Shown piece by piece: positions 9,578 through 23,446 of a DNA stretch of 56,296 nucleotides. This DNA is from Intoshia linei. Its lineage: Eukaryota > Animalia > Orthonectida. Location of the stretch: the NCBI GenBank assembly GCA_001642005.1, contig LWCA01000088.1, positions 1 to 56,296 on the forward strand, read 5' to 3'. The notes below the pieces were generated by a model. It worked only from the letters and a program-made list of their open reading frames with translations. It ran no database searches and was not told where the DNA came from. A program made the translations under genes and the position numbers. Every line of letters begins with the position of its first letter. Positions within the stretch are counted from its first letter, which is position 1.

Positions 9578-12500
9578 ATGAATTTTTCAAATGTTTCTCG
9601 TTGTATAAGATCTGATGGGTATCGTTTTTTAATCTTTTATATTAATATTTTAGTGATAATAAATCTGAATCTCAACTCTATCATTCATTTGGTCATAATA
9701 GTAAATTTGATTGCAATGATCAAGGTTTAATATATTTTCATGTTCCATTAATCACTGAAATAGTAAATATGGAGTATTTATGAAGTTTTTCATGATTTTT
9801 AAATTAGAAAAACTAAAACGGCATGTATTGTACAATTTATAAATTAACATTTTTATTGGATTTCTGAGTGATTAAATTGGAGTTACTATTAGCAGGTCTG
9901 TTGAAATATTTTTTTCTTAAGTTAAACTGAACGTTTTTTGAATTATGAACTAATATCAAAATTTATCTTAGATGAACTTTTTTTTAATTACAGAGTACAT
10001 GTATGAATCTTTGGGTAAATTTTTAAATTCATATTTTTGTGTCAATTAATAAATATTTATTTATCCAAATTGACTTCGATGTTTAGCCAAATTTGTTTAA
10101 TTGATTCAAAATGTATTAAATTGTTAAAAAAATTAACTATATCAAAAATATAGATTTAATCGGATAATTGAGTCCTAATTTTAAAATTATTTTCCTGTCT
10201 CATTCTTTTTCTAATTTTCATCTTCTAAGGATGGTGAATTAAGGGTATTGGTAATGTATTGCAGAGATATCCAACAAGGCGATCGACATTTTATTACATT
10301 GTATTTATATTATAATTTAACAAATTTCAATATTTCGTCTCATAATATTATTAACATTAAAATGAGTTCGTTGCATTAGTTCAGGGGTGCACAAACTGCG
10401 GCCTAGGGTAATCCATGTGATCATAATGCAATACATTGTACAATGTAAATATCATTTTAATTCAAATTGAAAAGTTTAAATAAGATTTTATTCAAGGATA
10501 ATTCAATATTTATATCAAAAAGTTACATTTTTGATTTCGGCCACTATCTTAAAATGGATTTAAACTTTCTCAGTATTTAAGTAAATTTTTTGCGGCCGTA
10601 GTATCAAGGAATAAAGTAGCTTTACGGCTGAATTGGTAGAAAGGTTGTGCACCCCTGCATTAGTCGATCGCATCAATAACTAGTTGGACACCTCTGATGT
10701 ATTGGAATTTAGAAATAACAACAAAGAAAAAGTCTGTTTATATAAAAGATTTGGGTATATATGATGTGTTTAAACTGTAATTGTATTAAGATCAAAAAAT
10801 ACAACCAATGTTCAAATTCAATAAGTTTAATGATTTGCAATCGTACATGTTCAACACGGTTTGTTTAATACACTTGTTTTCTCAATTCATTATTTTACAA
10901 AATCTTGCTTTATTACATTTCGGTGTAATAAAAAATAGCATACAATTTATATAATTATAAAATCAACTAAAATTTCCATTTGTATATCTAACTATGAGCA
11001 TTACTTTTATCAATCTAATTGGTTTATTTCATCAAGGTATATTATGGAAATGATTCATTAGTCGTTTCTTCTCCGACAGGTAAGCCAAACCGATCATTAC
11101 TAAAAATTGTATTATTAGGCACTGGTAAAACTACACTGGCTGAGTTAGCGATTTTGCGATTAATACGGTCAGAATCAGAAGAATGGAAAACAATATATTG
11201 TAATATTTTTAAATTCATGTATTATCATTACCATTTCCAAACCTACCGTACCGCGACGTTTTTTTCGGGACCTGGACGAAAGTTTTCCAAATGGCGCATT
11301 AATAAATGTATTTTCTTGAGTAGCATAACTGTTTTGTGTGTTAATGTACAATTTTAACCAATGAGCCACATAGAGGTGGTTATGGATATATGATACTACG
11401 AATTGTTGGTGAGCTTTTTTAGGAACTAAATTTATTTTCGGGTACATCGACCTAGGTAGGTTTGGCTGTGATCATTACTAACATTAATATTGACTATAGC
11501 TGACAATAACCTTAAATAATGTTTCTATAAATTATTAAATAACATTATAACGTATTTACATTTTTGTAGTGGCTCCAACGAAAGCTGTATGCAAGGAAAA
11601 AGTGGCCTTATGGACAGAAAAATTTAAAACATTTTCAATAAATACCACTGAATATACGAGTGATGTGGATGAAAATAATCCACATGAATATAACATTATT
11701 TGTGCTACACCAGTATTTATAAGATAGAGCATAAAACTAGTATAATATATTTTATTGCAGGAGAAATGGGATAGTTTTACTAGAAAATTAATTTCTTTCA
11801 GAAGTATTATGGCTAAAGTTAAATTGCTCGTTTTGGATGAAGTATATACTTACAATTAATTATTTAATTCAACTGAAAAAATATAACAACTTTTTATATA
11901 TTTTTATTATTTGATAATCTGATTTAAACAGCTTCAAATTCTTGGAGAAGAATCCAGAGGTGCTACTGTAGAGGTTATTGTTTCAAGAATGAAATACTTG
12001 TACCCAGATTTGAGAATCTTAGCAATATCTGCTACAATGCCGAACACTATCGAAGTATATTTTAAAAAATAAAATTTTTTATAATTTAAAATGCTATTAT
12101 AGTTGTGCAAATGGATTAAAACTGAAACCAAATTAGCGCTTTCATTCAAGTACTTTAGTTATAAAAATTTACTTAATACCTTTTAACAACACTCTGAAAA
12201 ATACATTATTTAAATGCAGTATTATTTAAACCCATTATTTAGAAATCCCGTAAGGAATGGAAAGGCCCGTCTAAAATTTTTTTAAAATAATGCGACCCAC
12301 TTTATATTTGAGTTTGACATGGCTGATATACATTGTATATGTATACTAAAATAATTATACAAGTTAATTAATAGCGCGAATAATTTACAAATTTATATTT
12401 AAATCTGTATATATAATATAATAATATCTATTAAATATTGACTTACTAGCCATTAATAATAAGTTATTATCTATTATTATACACAAATGTATTAATATAT

Positions 12501-15500
12501 ATCATTTTAAATAGGTTTGCTGCATCATTTCGTCCTGTACCTTTAAAAACTATAATCTTGTGTTTTCCATTTGATTCCATAAATTGCAGTAATGTTTTCA
12601 AGTTTGATGTCAATTTGAGTTATAAATTATCTTCTCTTATAACCAAATATTCATCTTCAAAGCCGACTTTAATAGTAAATTTATATTTTTTTAATTGACA
12701 TTATTATGTATTATATTAGTTTTGCGCATCTCGGAGCAGTGTTCAAAATACTGCATCGGTTTTGTTAAAGCAACACAGACTAAGTCTAACTACCGAAATT
12801 AAAAACATCCTAAGAATTCAATCATCTTTATTGAGTGACAAAGTTTTACAGGGTAATTTTTAAATACGTTATTTAATATACAAAAATGTATTTATCAAAT
12901 GTATATGTTACAGTGCGTTTGGAGTTTTAGTCAATCTTCAGAATAAACTTCAATTTCGTTTTCGTCGTGTAAATATAGATTTTTATTTAAAGGGTTTGTG
13001 AAAGTGGATTTTTCCCTTAAGGGTTGTTAAAAGTTTATTTTGAAATGATGGATATTGAAAAAATGTAATATTAAATAAAATCCTTCACTTTGAATATACA
13101 CTGAGTTCCAAGTTATTGTGAAAACATTAATAATTTAAAAAGTAGTCACTTATAATTATATATAATAATATAGTCCATTGTATTTTAAACCAAATTCACG
13201 CAAAAAATATAATTAAATTTTACATATTAATATATCCAGTGGCGGATCCAAGGGGTGCAAAAGGTGTAGTTGCACCCCCTAAATTTAAAAAAAAATTTAA
13301 ATAATGTTTTGTAAAATAACTGAATAAGGTTTTAATTTATTAAAACAATATATGGCTCATAACGGCAAATCTACAGTGTTTATTTAATGATAATTATAAT
13401 GTATATAATGATGTAGATTCTACATGATCAATTATAGATGTAGACTACATCTACTACTCTACTCTACAGAGCAAATATAGAGGGATCTGACATTGAAACT
13501 TTTTTAAAATTAACATTGCAATTTCTTTTTTCGATTCTATTTTAGCTGAACTCAGCCTTCGATTTTTCAGTGGTCAACAGATTTTTTTGAAAGAATTTTT
13601 TCTACATCCCACTTATTTTAAAACAAGTCATTTTGAAGATTTGAAAGAATTCGTAGAAAAATATGAATTATTTTACCATGCATATCATTAGATGAAGATC
13701 TCAAAGCAGAATATACTAGATAAAAAAAAAGAACTTGATTCAAAGACCACTATCATACAATTAATCGAAAGCTGCAATTCTAATTTGTTTCCAAATATTC
13801 ATCAACTATTAATTATTTTGGTAACATTGCCAATCACCTCATGCCAATGTGAATGCTCCATTAGCATTTTGAGAAGATTAAAATTTTTTTTAAGATCAAC
13901 AATGACTGGTAATCGTTTATATGGATTTGACCTTATGAATTTTCATATTGAAAGTTTGGTTAATGAATTTGCAATACTTCATCCAAGAAGACTGGACCTA
14001 GTCGATTTAGGATTATTTGATAAACAAAAATAATTAATTAAATTTTAATCATTTTTTTTTATTTTTGCAAAAAAATACAAATTTAGAAACTATTGTATAA
14101 CAACCTTTAAATGAAATTAAAAGAAACGCCCTAAAAAATTTTTTTGAGTTGTTTATCCATGGATTTCGTGAGGTTTTCAATTGTTTTTGCATCGATTGTT
14201 TGATTTCTGTTAAAAGTGCATGCCATAGATCGTTTTTGATTGGTATTGTTTATTCCCACTGTATATCTTTCTTTTAATTATGGACCACAGATTTTCAATA
14301 CAATTAAGATCGGGAGAATTTGGCTGCCAACACATTATTTTTTCAGATCCATAGCCATTTGATAAAAGATATTCTTTTGTATGACGGGATGCGTGATATG
14401 GGGCATTATCATTCATAAAAATGAAATTTTTAAGAAAGCTTTTTCTTTTTTTTTTATTCATGAAAAACGTTATTTTTTAAAAACGCGTAGTATGTTTCAG
14501 AATTAATTTTGACTCCATCATCTAACTTAAAAGGTCAAATAATAGTGTTTTTTACAATGCCTGCCCAAATCATTATACTCCCACCCCTTGATTCCGCTTT
14601 AAACAGTTTGGTGGTAATCTGTTATTCACTAACCAACCCTTACTCCACGAATCTGGCCCATCTAAATATATTCTGGTTTCATCGGTAAAAATTACATTTA
14701 AAAAATTTATTTTCATGTAATTTTTAGCCCAGGATAAAAATTGTCGTTTGGTTAAACTTGGTTTATTTTTAGCATGGCTGACTTTACCAACCGTTTTTAA
14801 TATTCTGCATCTCGTAGTTTTGGGTGTATCAGTTAATCCTGATGATTTAAGTATCTCTAGAGAAGTGCTAAGAGAGTTTCGAACCATTTCTAGTTTAATA
14901 TGGATATATCTTTAACAGATACTCGTTTGAATGATCCCTTTGCCTTTGTTTTTCGCTTGTTGAAAGGGTTTTGTATATATCGACGGATTGTGCGATGATC
15001 GCATTCTAACTTTGAAGCTATTTCATTTATCGATATTCCGTTATCCAAATTTTCAGGATTTTATCCTTTTCGTCCACAGTAAGTGATGTTGATTTACCCA
15101 TAATTATCCTAAATTTGGATTAGCATAATAATTTGGCACACTAAAAATTACCCAAAAATATAAAATCTTAAATAGAATACTTTTTTGGAAACGTGATAAT
15201 TTTTTTTGTCACAGTAAAGTCTTATATGATCAATGATTAAATTATGATAAAAAAATTAATAGAATATATATATGTATATATATATATAGAATAATAGAAT
15301 GTATAATAACTTGGAACGCAGTGTATATGCAGAGCTAAACCTACTATACCAAAATAAAACAAAAAAAAGTAATAAAAAAATAGAAATGAGCTCTGTGCTT
15401 AGAAAAAATTAAATTTATCGAAAAAGCAAAAAAAGGCCTTATTTTTCAATGTCATGATAACTGTTGCGTCTTTAATTTAAAATTTAATTTAAATTAAATT

Positions 15501-18500
15501 GATATAACCCATAATTCTTTAGCAATATTGCCTTTTTTTATTATCAGGTTTCGAATATGGTAGATTCGTCTTTGTCTAAACGAGAATATAATTAATATGT
15601 ACCTTTATTTATAAACGTTATATATGTAATTGTAATTTTAGATTTAGTGTTGGGTGGAATAGCTTACCATCATGCTGGTATCAACATTGAAGATAGAATT
15701 ATAGTTGAACATTTATTTAGAAATGCATATCTGAAAATTTTAGGTTATATATTTTAATTAATAAGCTAATACGTACGCGTAGTTGCAACTAGCACGTTGG
15801 CTATGGGTGTTAATTTTCCTGCTCATCTAGTTATAGTTAAATCTACAAAATACTATTCAAATAGTGGAATTGATGAATACTCGATATTACAAATCAATCA
15901 AATGATTGGTAGAGCTGGTAGGCCGCAGGTAGTTCATATACAATGTATATTATACATGTGCAATTAAGTTAAAAACGTTATATTTGAATAATTTTTTATA
16001 CAGTATATGAAAATTTTTCTAATTAAAAAATAAAATACATTTAAAAAAATTATTCCTCCTTAACTAAGCATAATTCACTTTGTAAATACTTTTTCTTGTA
16101 CACTTCTGCCGGTAATTTTATGAGCCAGAATATAATTAAAAAATTTATTTTCAATCAAAATAAATTATAATTAAAATATATTTTAATAATCTTAATTCGT
16201 CATAATCTAATGATGTTTAATTAATTAATCTTAGCTATCATTAATTGACGATTTTAAATGGTGCGGATAATTTGTTTGATTATTAATTTAAGCATTAATT
16301 TATCGTTGACTTTTTTTGTATCAGATTTTTCAGTATCAATTTGAACACGTTTTAGTCGAAATAATAAATAATTTTTGTTATATAAATAACGTGATAAATA
16401 ATATAGAAATTGTTTTCTTTGTATGTATTCAATGAGAAAAACTTATGCATATTGAATATTTATGAAAAATATGAATCCCCGTAAACCCAGATTATGAAAA
16501 ATAAAAATAAAAACTATTAATTTAGTAATTTTTTTAGTATGATACTTCTGGGATTGCTATAATTATGACTACTCCGGAAAAAAAAGTAATTAGATTTTAC
16601 CACATTATGATAATATATTATTAATATAAATCAAACATAGATGTGAACAATTTAATCTAATTGAGGATACTAAATTCTTGCAGCATTATTCTTATTTTTT
16701 TTAGTCCAGAACGTAAGATAAATTTAGTGAGTCAAATAAATCACGCAACTTTGTACCTTCAAAATGAAAAACAAAAATTACCATTATTTTAAAAAATAAA
16801 AAAGGCATAAATATTAAAAATTAAAGTCTTCACGGTTAAAAAAGCAGTTTACTATATATTTCTTTCTATTTGAAAATCGTTTCATTAAAACATAAAATAT
16901 TATATAATTATTATTAATTATATTTATAATTAATTTGGTCACATTTAATTAATTATAATTAATTTTAATCTTAATTAATATATTTAAAGCAATTTTACAG
17001 CAATTTGATTGATGGAATGCTACCTATTAAAAGTCAGTAATGTTTACATTTATAAAAAAATAATTCAATTGCAATCAGATTGTTAACTCTTTGATAATTA
17101 TCAAATAATAATCCATTGCACGCATGCGGCATGCGTACATATTTTAAATCTATAATTATCATATTATGCGTATTACTTGAAAAAAATTTAACCGATTAAT
17201 CCAGTGTTACATAATCGTATATATGGACCCTTAGCCTATAAAAAAAACTGGGATCATATAATATTTTAATAATTACATTTATTTAAGAATTGTATATTTA
17301 CAAATCAATAATATTTTGCGGTCCATGTAATTTGTATATTGGGAATTGGGTTGAATAAATATCATAGTTGGTTTAAAAATTTGATATAATAGATTGGAAA
17401 ATCATATTACTGAAAACTTGTTGGTCGAAATAGGTCTCAATAATATTATTGATTTTCATAGTGGAGTCAAGTGGATAAAAAATACCTTATGGTTTATTCA
17501 AAATAACCAAATGAACGTTGAAGGTATTATAATAATTGACTTTAATATTTAAAAATTTCAATGTACTTAAATTTGTAGCTATAAGCATAAATGATATATA
17601 TTAAATTTAGAAGTATTAAGAGATTGTATAACAAAATTGGAATTCATTGATGCCATATCAAATCGAAAAAAAATTTCTATTAAGGGTTATAAATATATTG
17701 AATTTTTAAATTTGATGAAATTTTAGAAAATGGATTAATTATTGTCAATCATAACATTTCATATGATAGCATGAAAAATATTATTGGATATAATGGATTT
17801 CCAACTATTGAAAATTTAGTAATGTACAATTCAATAATTTTATTATTATAAAAAATAATATAATTTGGTATGTTTATTAGATGATATTAACAATATTATG
17901 GCACCGTTATTAATCTATAATTCAAAAAATAATATACATTTAAAAAAATTATTCATCTTTAGCTAGGCACAATCCCGTTCGTAAATATACCCTTTCCCGT
18001 ACACTTCCACCAGTAATTTTATGAGCCAGAATATAATTAAAAAATTATAATTATTATTATTATACATCAACTTGTGCGTACTTTGAATTATTTCTTTATT
18101 TAGTTGCGTTTCATGTTCAGTTTAAAAGAATTTTCTTCAATGTATTTGAGAAGATCTGATAAAATGACTTTAAATAAACTTAATAATGATTCAACGAATC
18201 AATTAAGGTAATGTAATTTGTAATTTAAAATAGTTTACATATATATATTTTATTTATAATAATAAATTTTTATTAGATACAATATTAAAGGAAATGTGAA
18301 AAATAGCTTGGACAAGATATTTATGTGATTATATTATATTCTGAATATTTTGTCTTAAATTCTTAAAATTTATTTAAATTTATTTTGTTTAGTCTATTTC
18401 AAGCATCCTTATGCAATTGCAAAATTTTAGATTTTTCATTAAAACAGGATTTACTTCAAATATTTAGAGTAGGGAAAAAAATCTCTAAAGGTAAGACTGA

Positions 18501-20171
18501 TTTGTATATAAAATTGTTTATTCATTTCAAATAGGTTTAGTTCAGTATTTTATTAAATATGGTTCATTTACCATAACAAAAAACGCTATATATTGTTCAA
18601 GATATTTTGATACCAATATTTGGCATGATAGTGATTTGATAATTAAACAAATCTATGGAATTGGTATATATAATATTTTTTATAATATTTCACATTATAT
18701 TCATTAAATATTATAAAATGGTTTAATGTATTATTGAGTTTAAATTGTAATGAATATGTAATATTATCACAGGCATCATTATGTCAAATGAAATAAAAAA
18801 ATCAGGTTTCCGCACACTAGATTCTTTGAGGACATTGGAACCATCAACATTGCAAACTGTACATGTTGATATACTTTAATTAATCTTTTTAATTAGATAA
18901 TTAATAGAAAGCAAGACTTTTGTACCAAAATTTGCGATTCTATCAACTCTATACCGTTATATATACTTTTATTCAGCATATATAATATTGACGTAATTTA
19001 ACGATAATTATAATTATTTAGTCTTATTATAATTATATATTTAAGTATTATTATTATAATAATATGAAAAAAATGATACATCTAATTCGAAAAAATATTT
19101 TATATTATTTAGAAAAAAATAGACGTTAAAGTGACAATTATAATAAAAAATTACAATAAAGTCAGAGAACAGAATAATACTGATAAAATACGTTTTATTA
19201 TTGAAAGTGGTGATAGAAAGCTTTATACAAATACCATAAAGTAATTTCAATATAAAAATTGATATTACTTTAAAAATATTAGTACACTTTACATGATGAC
19301 TGATAATTGGAGTCGTATGATTTCTATTGATAGAAAATTAATTGAAAACGGAAAAATTACCGCAAATTTAATATCTGAAAATTTTGGTAATTTTTATTTT
19401 TCAAGGAAAGATATACAATTAACTCCCAGAAGTTCTAAAAAAGTTCCAAAATCCAGTTTCCAAAAATAGAAGATCAGATAGAATATATCGCCTATTTTAT
19501 TAATTTTTAAATTAAAATTGTTTTTTGGGTAATTTTTTAAACCGTAAATTATCAAAGTAGTCCATATGACCATCAAGGGTAAATTTTAATGTCATGATAA
19601 ATTACTAGTTTGTCTGTTTCATTAATAGGGTAATGTAAAGATTAGGGGTGTCAGACTCAATTTTCTGGTCAAATGTAAAAAAAATTATTATGCGGGCCGC
19701 ACAAAACAATATCTTTACTCAAATCATTATTAAATTAACAGTTTTAATTGATTAATAAAATAAAATAAAAAACAAAAATAACGGAATAAGTGCATAACTA
19801 ATGCTAAAATTATAATCACGATCACATAAATCATGAAAATATATAAAAAACTATAAAAAAAATATGGATAAAAAATTTTTGATATTATAAAAATTTATAT
19901 TATAACGCGAACCGCACAATTGACACCCTAGTACAAAAAAATGTAGTAAATTTATGTAACCACTAATATAATATGCTGTTTGGTACAAAATCCTTTATAT
20001 AATTCTAAAATAGTTGGATGTGACCAAATGTCAGCTATAAATTTTAAAAATGAACCAATACGGAAAAGATTACATGTCACAGAAAGAGTTGGAAATGTTC
20101 TAAGAAACTACTACCCTAGTTCAGTTTCATCCAAAAGAATTAGCATAAAACGATTAAAGGTTATTTTTTAA
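9578..20171 (+). CDS. HFM1: HFM1/MER3 meiotic Ski2-like DNA helicase, many exons; 5' and 3' ends less certain
   Basis: Spliced motifs: FNKFNDLQS; VVSSPTGTGKT (motif I); [10 protein letters not shown]; [11 protein letters not shown]; [26 protein letters not shown]; AISAT; [18 protein letters not shown]; KPTLIFCASR; YHHAG; [24 protein letters not shown]; [12 protein letters not shown]; Sec63-like C-terminus ending ISENFVGCD. Confidence 0.88.
10382..10657. mobile_element. hAT (Buster-type) MITE, 276 bp
   Basis: Perfect 13-bp TIR caggggtgcacaa / ttgtgcacccctg. 8-bp TSD cattagtt/cattagtc with central TA. Confidence 0.85.
11232..11470. mobile_element. MITE with 8-bp TSD (hAT- or P-like) in an HFM1 intron
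   Basis: Perfect TSD atcattac at 11224-11231 and 11471-11478. TIR core ccaaacctacc / ggtaggtttgg. Confidence 0.8.
13099..15323 (-). mobile_element. Tc1/mariner element with frameshifted DD34E transposase in an HFM1 intron
   Basis: TA-flanked 19-bp TIRs cactgagttccaagttatt / aataacttggaacgcagtg (1 mismatch). The minus strand encodes [12 protein letters not shown].. (from 15101), [15 protein letters not shown] and [13 protein letters not shown]. Confidence 0.9.
13237..14140 (+). mobile_element. Truncated hAT element nested inside the Tc1
   Basis: 5' end cagtggcggatcc..ggggtgca..tgcacccc. ORF 13692-14033 is a hAT dimerisation domain ([37 protein letters not shown]). 3' TIR not found. Confidence 0.8.
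16030..16145. repeat. Dispersed repeat, second copy at ~17930-18047
   Basis: Both copies share atacatttaaaaaaattattc...gtacacttc...gtaattttatgagccagaatataattaaaaa, in two different HFM1 introns. Confidence 0.75.
19643..19930. mobile_element. hAT MITE in the last large HFM1 intron
   Basis: Ends taggggtgtca / tgacacccta. Internal gcgggccgcac and gcgaaccgcac subterminal motifs. TSD degenerate. Confidence 0.6.
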
Positions 20172-20629
20172 ATTAGGGTTTTCCAATAGGTATTCCGAAT
20201 TTGTCAACTACTTAAAACGAATTATATTATTTTTTACATTATACGAAAATTAATGACATATTATTTAATTGATTGATTATTAATTGAATAACTAGGGCAA
20301 GTTTTTCCTGTCAATAAATTTAGAAATTTTTATTTACATTACATTTTACCTACAATATGTGCATATGTAATAAAATATGTATGTATGTACGTTAAAAAAT
20401 ATTCTGACATTTTGGAGCTGATAAATTTTTTATTTTCTTCATCCGGCTTCTTAAGCTTTTCCCTGCAGTTCCAAGTTAATAATAAAAAATTTCTACTATT
20501 CTTTTTAATCAATTTTTACCTTTAGCTAAATATGATAAAAAATATTTGTATCGATTCAGTATGAGGAGAAATATTATCATTTTTCAATAATCAAGCCAAT
20601 AAGATTTATTCAGTTATACAGTGTTTATT

Positions 20630-21466
20630 CAGGGCCATGTAAGTTGTTAGGGCCTACAATCATAAGCGACCTAATATTTTAATTTATTAATAGGTAATAT
20701 TGGAAAATTTCTTAAGTATGTCAAAATTATGTTGACCAATGAGATTTGCAACTATTATTTTTAATTTTTAGGCAGTAAACAATCGATTACACCAGTGATT
20801 CTCAACCTTTTATAACTCGCGACCTTCTTATAAACAACAAAAATTTTCGCGACCCCTCCCTTTATTAGAAAAAAACGAAACATTTTATATCTAAAATATT
20901 AAATTTACTTCCATTCATGTATTATAAAGAATTTTTCGAATGAGATTACAATAAATTTATTATATTACATACTTTAAACAATTTTGAAATCTTTTGAAGC
21001 TTAAAAAAATTATTACTAATGATTAAAAATATAAAATTACTTTAATTTAATGAGAAATTTGCCCCTTCAACACCGGGAATTTTTGTCTTTTATTTTTACC
21101 TTGAAACCCAGATTTTGACCTAATCATAGCTGGTGCACCATCAGTCCAAACACCGCATATATTGATCCAATTTAAATTTCCATCAATAAAAGTCATCAAT
21201 TTTTTTATAAATATCCATTATTTATGTAAGGAATTCACTACAAAATAAGAATTCTTCCTTAATTTCATTCAAATGAATACATCAAAAAAATAAAACTAAA
21301 CTATCAAATAATTTATAAAAATTTGCGACCCCCTGAGAAAGTTCGCAACCCCCGGTAAAGCAACTATGGATTAAAGAATATATAGACGTCCGAATTTTAA
21401 ATTTTTTTTTATATGGGCCTACAATTTCCATCTGACTGGCCCTATTGCTGACTCTCCACGGACCTG
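20630..21466. mobile_element. hAT MITE carrying a nested Buster deletion derivative (~20792-21368)
   Basis: Outer ends cagggccatg / ccacggacctg with TSD tgtttatt/tgtgtatt. The inner element starts cagtgattctcaacc, has gcgacc motifs, and encodes TDGAPAMIRSKSGF on the minus strand. Confidence 0.75.
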
Positions 21467-21997
21467 TGTGTATTTAATTCAAACCATTACAGTGCCTCTC
21501 ATTGTTACATTTTGGTCATTGTACAATGTATACAGGGATCTTTCTCGAAAGGGATAAATAAAATAAATTTAAAAATGTAGGATTCGAAAAAAATTTTTTG
21601 GAAGTGATGCATATTTCAAATTCAACAGTGGAAGTGAATTTTATCCTTTAGTTATATAAACGTTGATTTTTCATTAATATGATTTAGTCACCATTTAAAA
21701 TTTTATGTTTTTAACTAAAAAGGGCAAGATACTTATCATGAATGACGATGTGCGAATTGTAATTATAAATAAAAAATGTGGGTGGTAAGAAATAAAGAAT
21801 ATCGCATCGTTCAGGTCTCTACCTCTTTTTTCCGTTGTATGATTAACCAATTTAAAAATTGTAATGGTAATGAATCAATAACATTTAATAATTTTGGATA
21901 ATCTAAGTTAAAACTTTGCCAAAACTATTTATATATAGTTTATAACAATATTTTAGACAAACGTTCCAACAAAAGTGAATGAAAATAATGAAAAATG

Positions 21998-23366
21998 TTA
22001 ATCTAAAATATATTTATCTTTACACAATTGTACAATACTTTTTAAAACATTTTTGTCAAGCAGGGTTAGAGGTGTGTATGATTCATGAACATATTGGTAT
22101 GTTAACCAAATTAAATCATCGAAAATTGGAGTTTCTGTAGATGCAAACATTATAATAATATTTCGTAATAATGCTATTTTCTTGTACACGGTTGAATTAA
22201 TTTTTGTACTTTTATGCGTAAAACAGTCGTTTGTTTTTAGTTCAGTAGGATATAACCAAATGTAACCATTTTTCCCGAATATTGCTGACACTTGACATTC
22301 AAAATCATAAAAATGGGATTTTCGATGTCGAATCAAATGACATGGTACTTTGACTAGTTGTCCTTGACCCAATTTTCCATACTAAAATGAAATTAGTATA
22401 AAAATGTAAATAAAATGCATTAAAATAGAAAAAGATTTGTAATTGAGTTGAGTGAGACATCACTGATCAATGATCAATGCAACCACAAAAAAATCCAAGT
22501 TTTCACTCATCTCAGCTGAGATTCTCAGCAAATACAATGTCGGCAATTTAACTAATTATTAGAATATTTTGAAAAATATTAGTATTGACCTAAAGTAATG
22601 CCTAAAGTAAGACAAAAATATTTGGGGGAAAATGTACTGTCACGTTTAACCATGATCGTTTTGTCAATAGATTTAATTTCAAAAAAATAAACCCATTAAA
22701 AATGCAAGATTTAAAAAAATGTTTAAACAAATAGTTTATGAAAAATACCTTTCTATTTCTAACGTTAAGCAATACAGATCCATCTTCAAATTTCAATTTT
22801 CCTTGAACTTCTGCATTAATCAAATCTCCTTCTTTAAAATATGTACGCATGATTCTTTCATCAGTTTCACAATGACGTCTTACTTTTCCATCAGGTAAAT
22901 TGACTGAATTTAACATTAAAACGGCTCTCATATTAGAATGAATATCAACTAACCATCTTTTTTTAGAAACGGAATCAATTCGTCCAATAACAATATCTCC
23001 AACATCTCCCTTATACCGACCGTGCATCGAATTTACACAAATAAGCCTATTAAACCGTGTAGCCTGTCCTGAAACAGTCGAAACTATTGAATTGTTCAGT
23101 TCTTCAGTTTTATGAGATAATGACATGATAAATTGAGATTCAGGTTCAAAATTAGTTTTTCTCGTCATAATAGTTTCAGCTAAATGTTCATCTCTTAGTG
23201 AATCATATTCATCGTCGACTTTACAAATATCGTACTTTTCAATCAGCCGAGTGCCATATCCACGCAAAAATTTTTTCCCACAGTATATTTTTTGACCAGG
23301 AATACAAAAGTTTTTTAATTTCATCACATTTTCGCCTTCTTCCTCACAAACATTCAATCTATCCAT
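21998..23366 (-). CDS. EXOSC2: Exosome complex cap subunit RRP4, 2 exons (23366-22749, 22381-21998)
   Basis: LRGYGT; RYKGDVGDIVIGRI..KRWLVD..LMLNSVNLPDGKVRR..EGDLINAEVQ (S1 domain); KYGKLGQG..IFGKNGYIW (KH domain). Confidence 0.93.
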
Positions 23367-23446
23367 TCAACCCAAAATCAATATATTCGATAAAGTTATG
23401 TTTTTAATGACATATTGAATAATTTTTAAAATTGTTATCAATTTGA

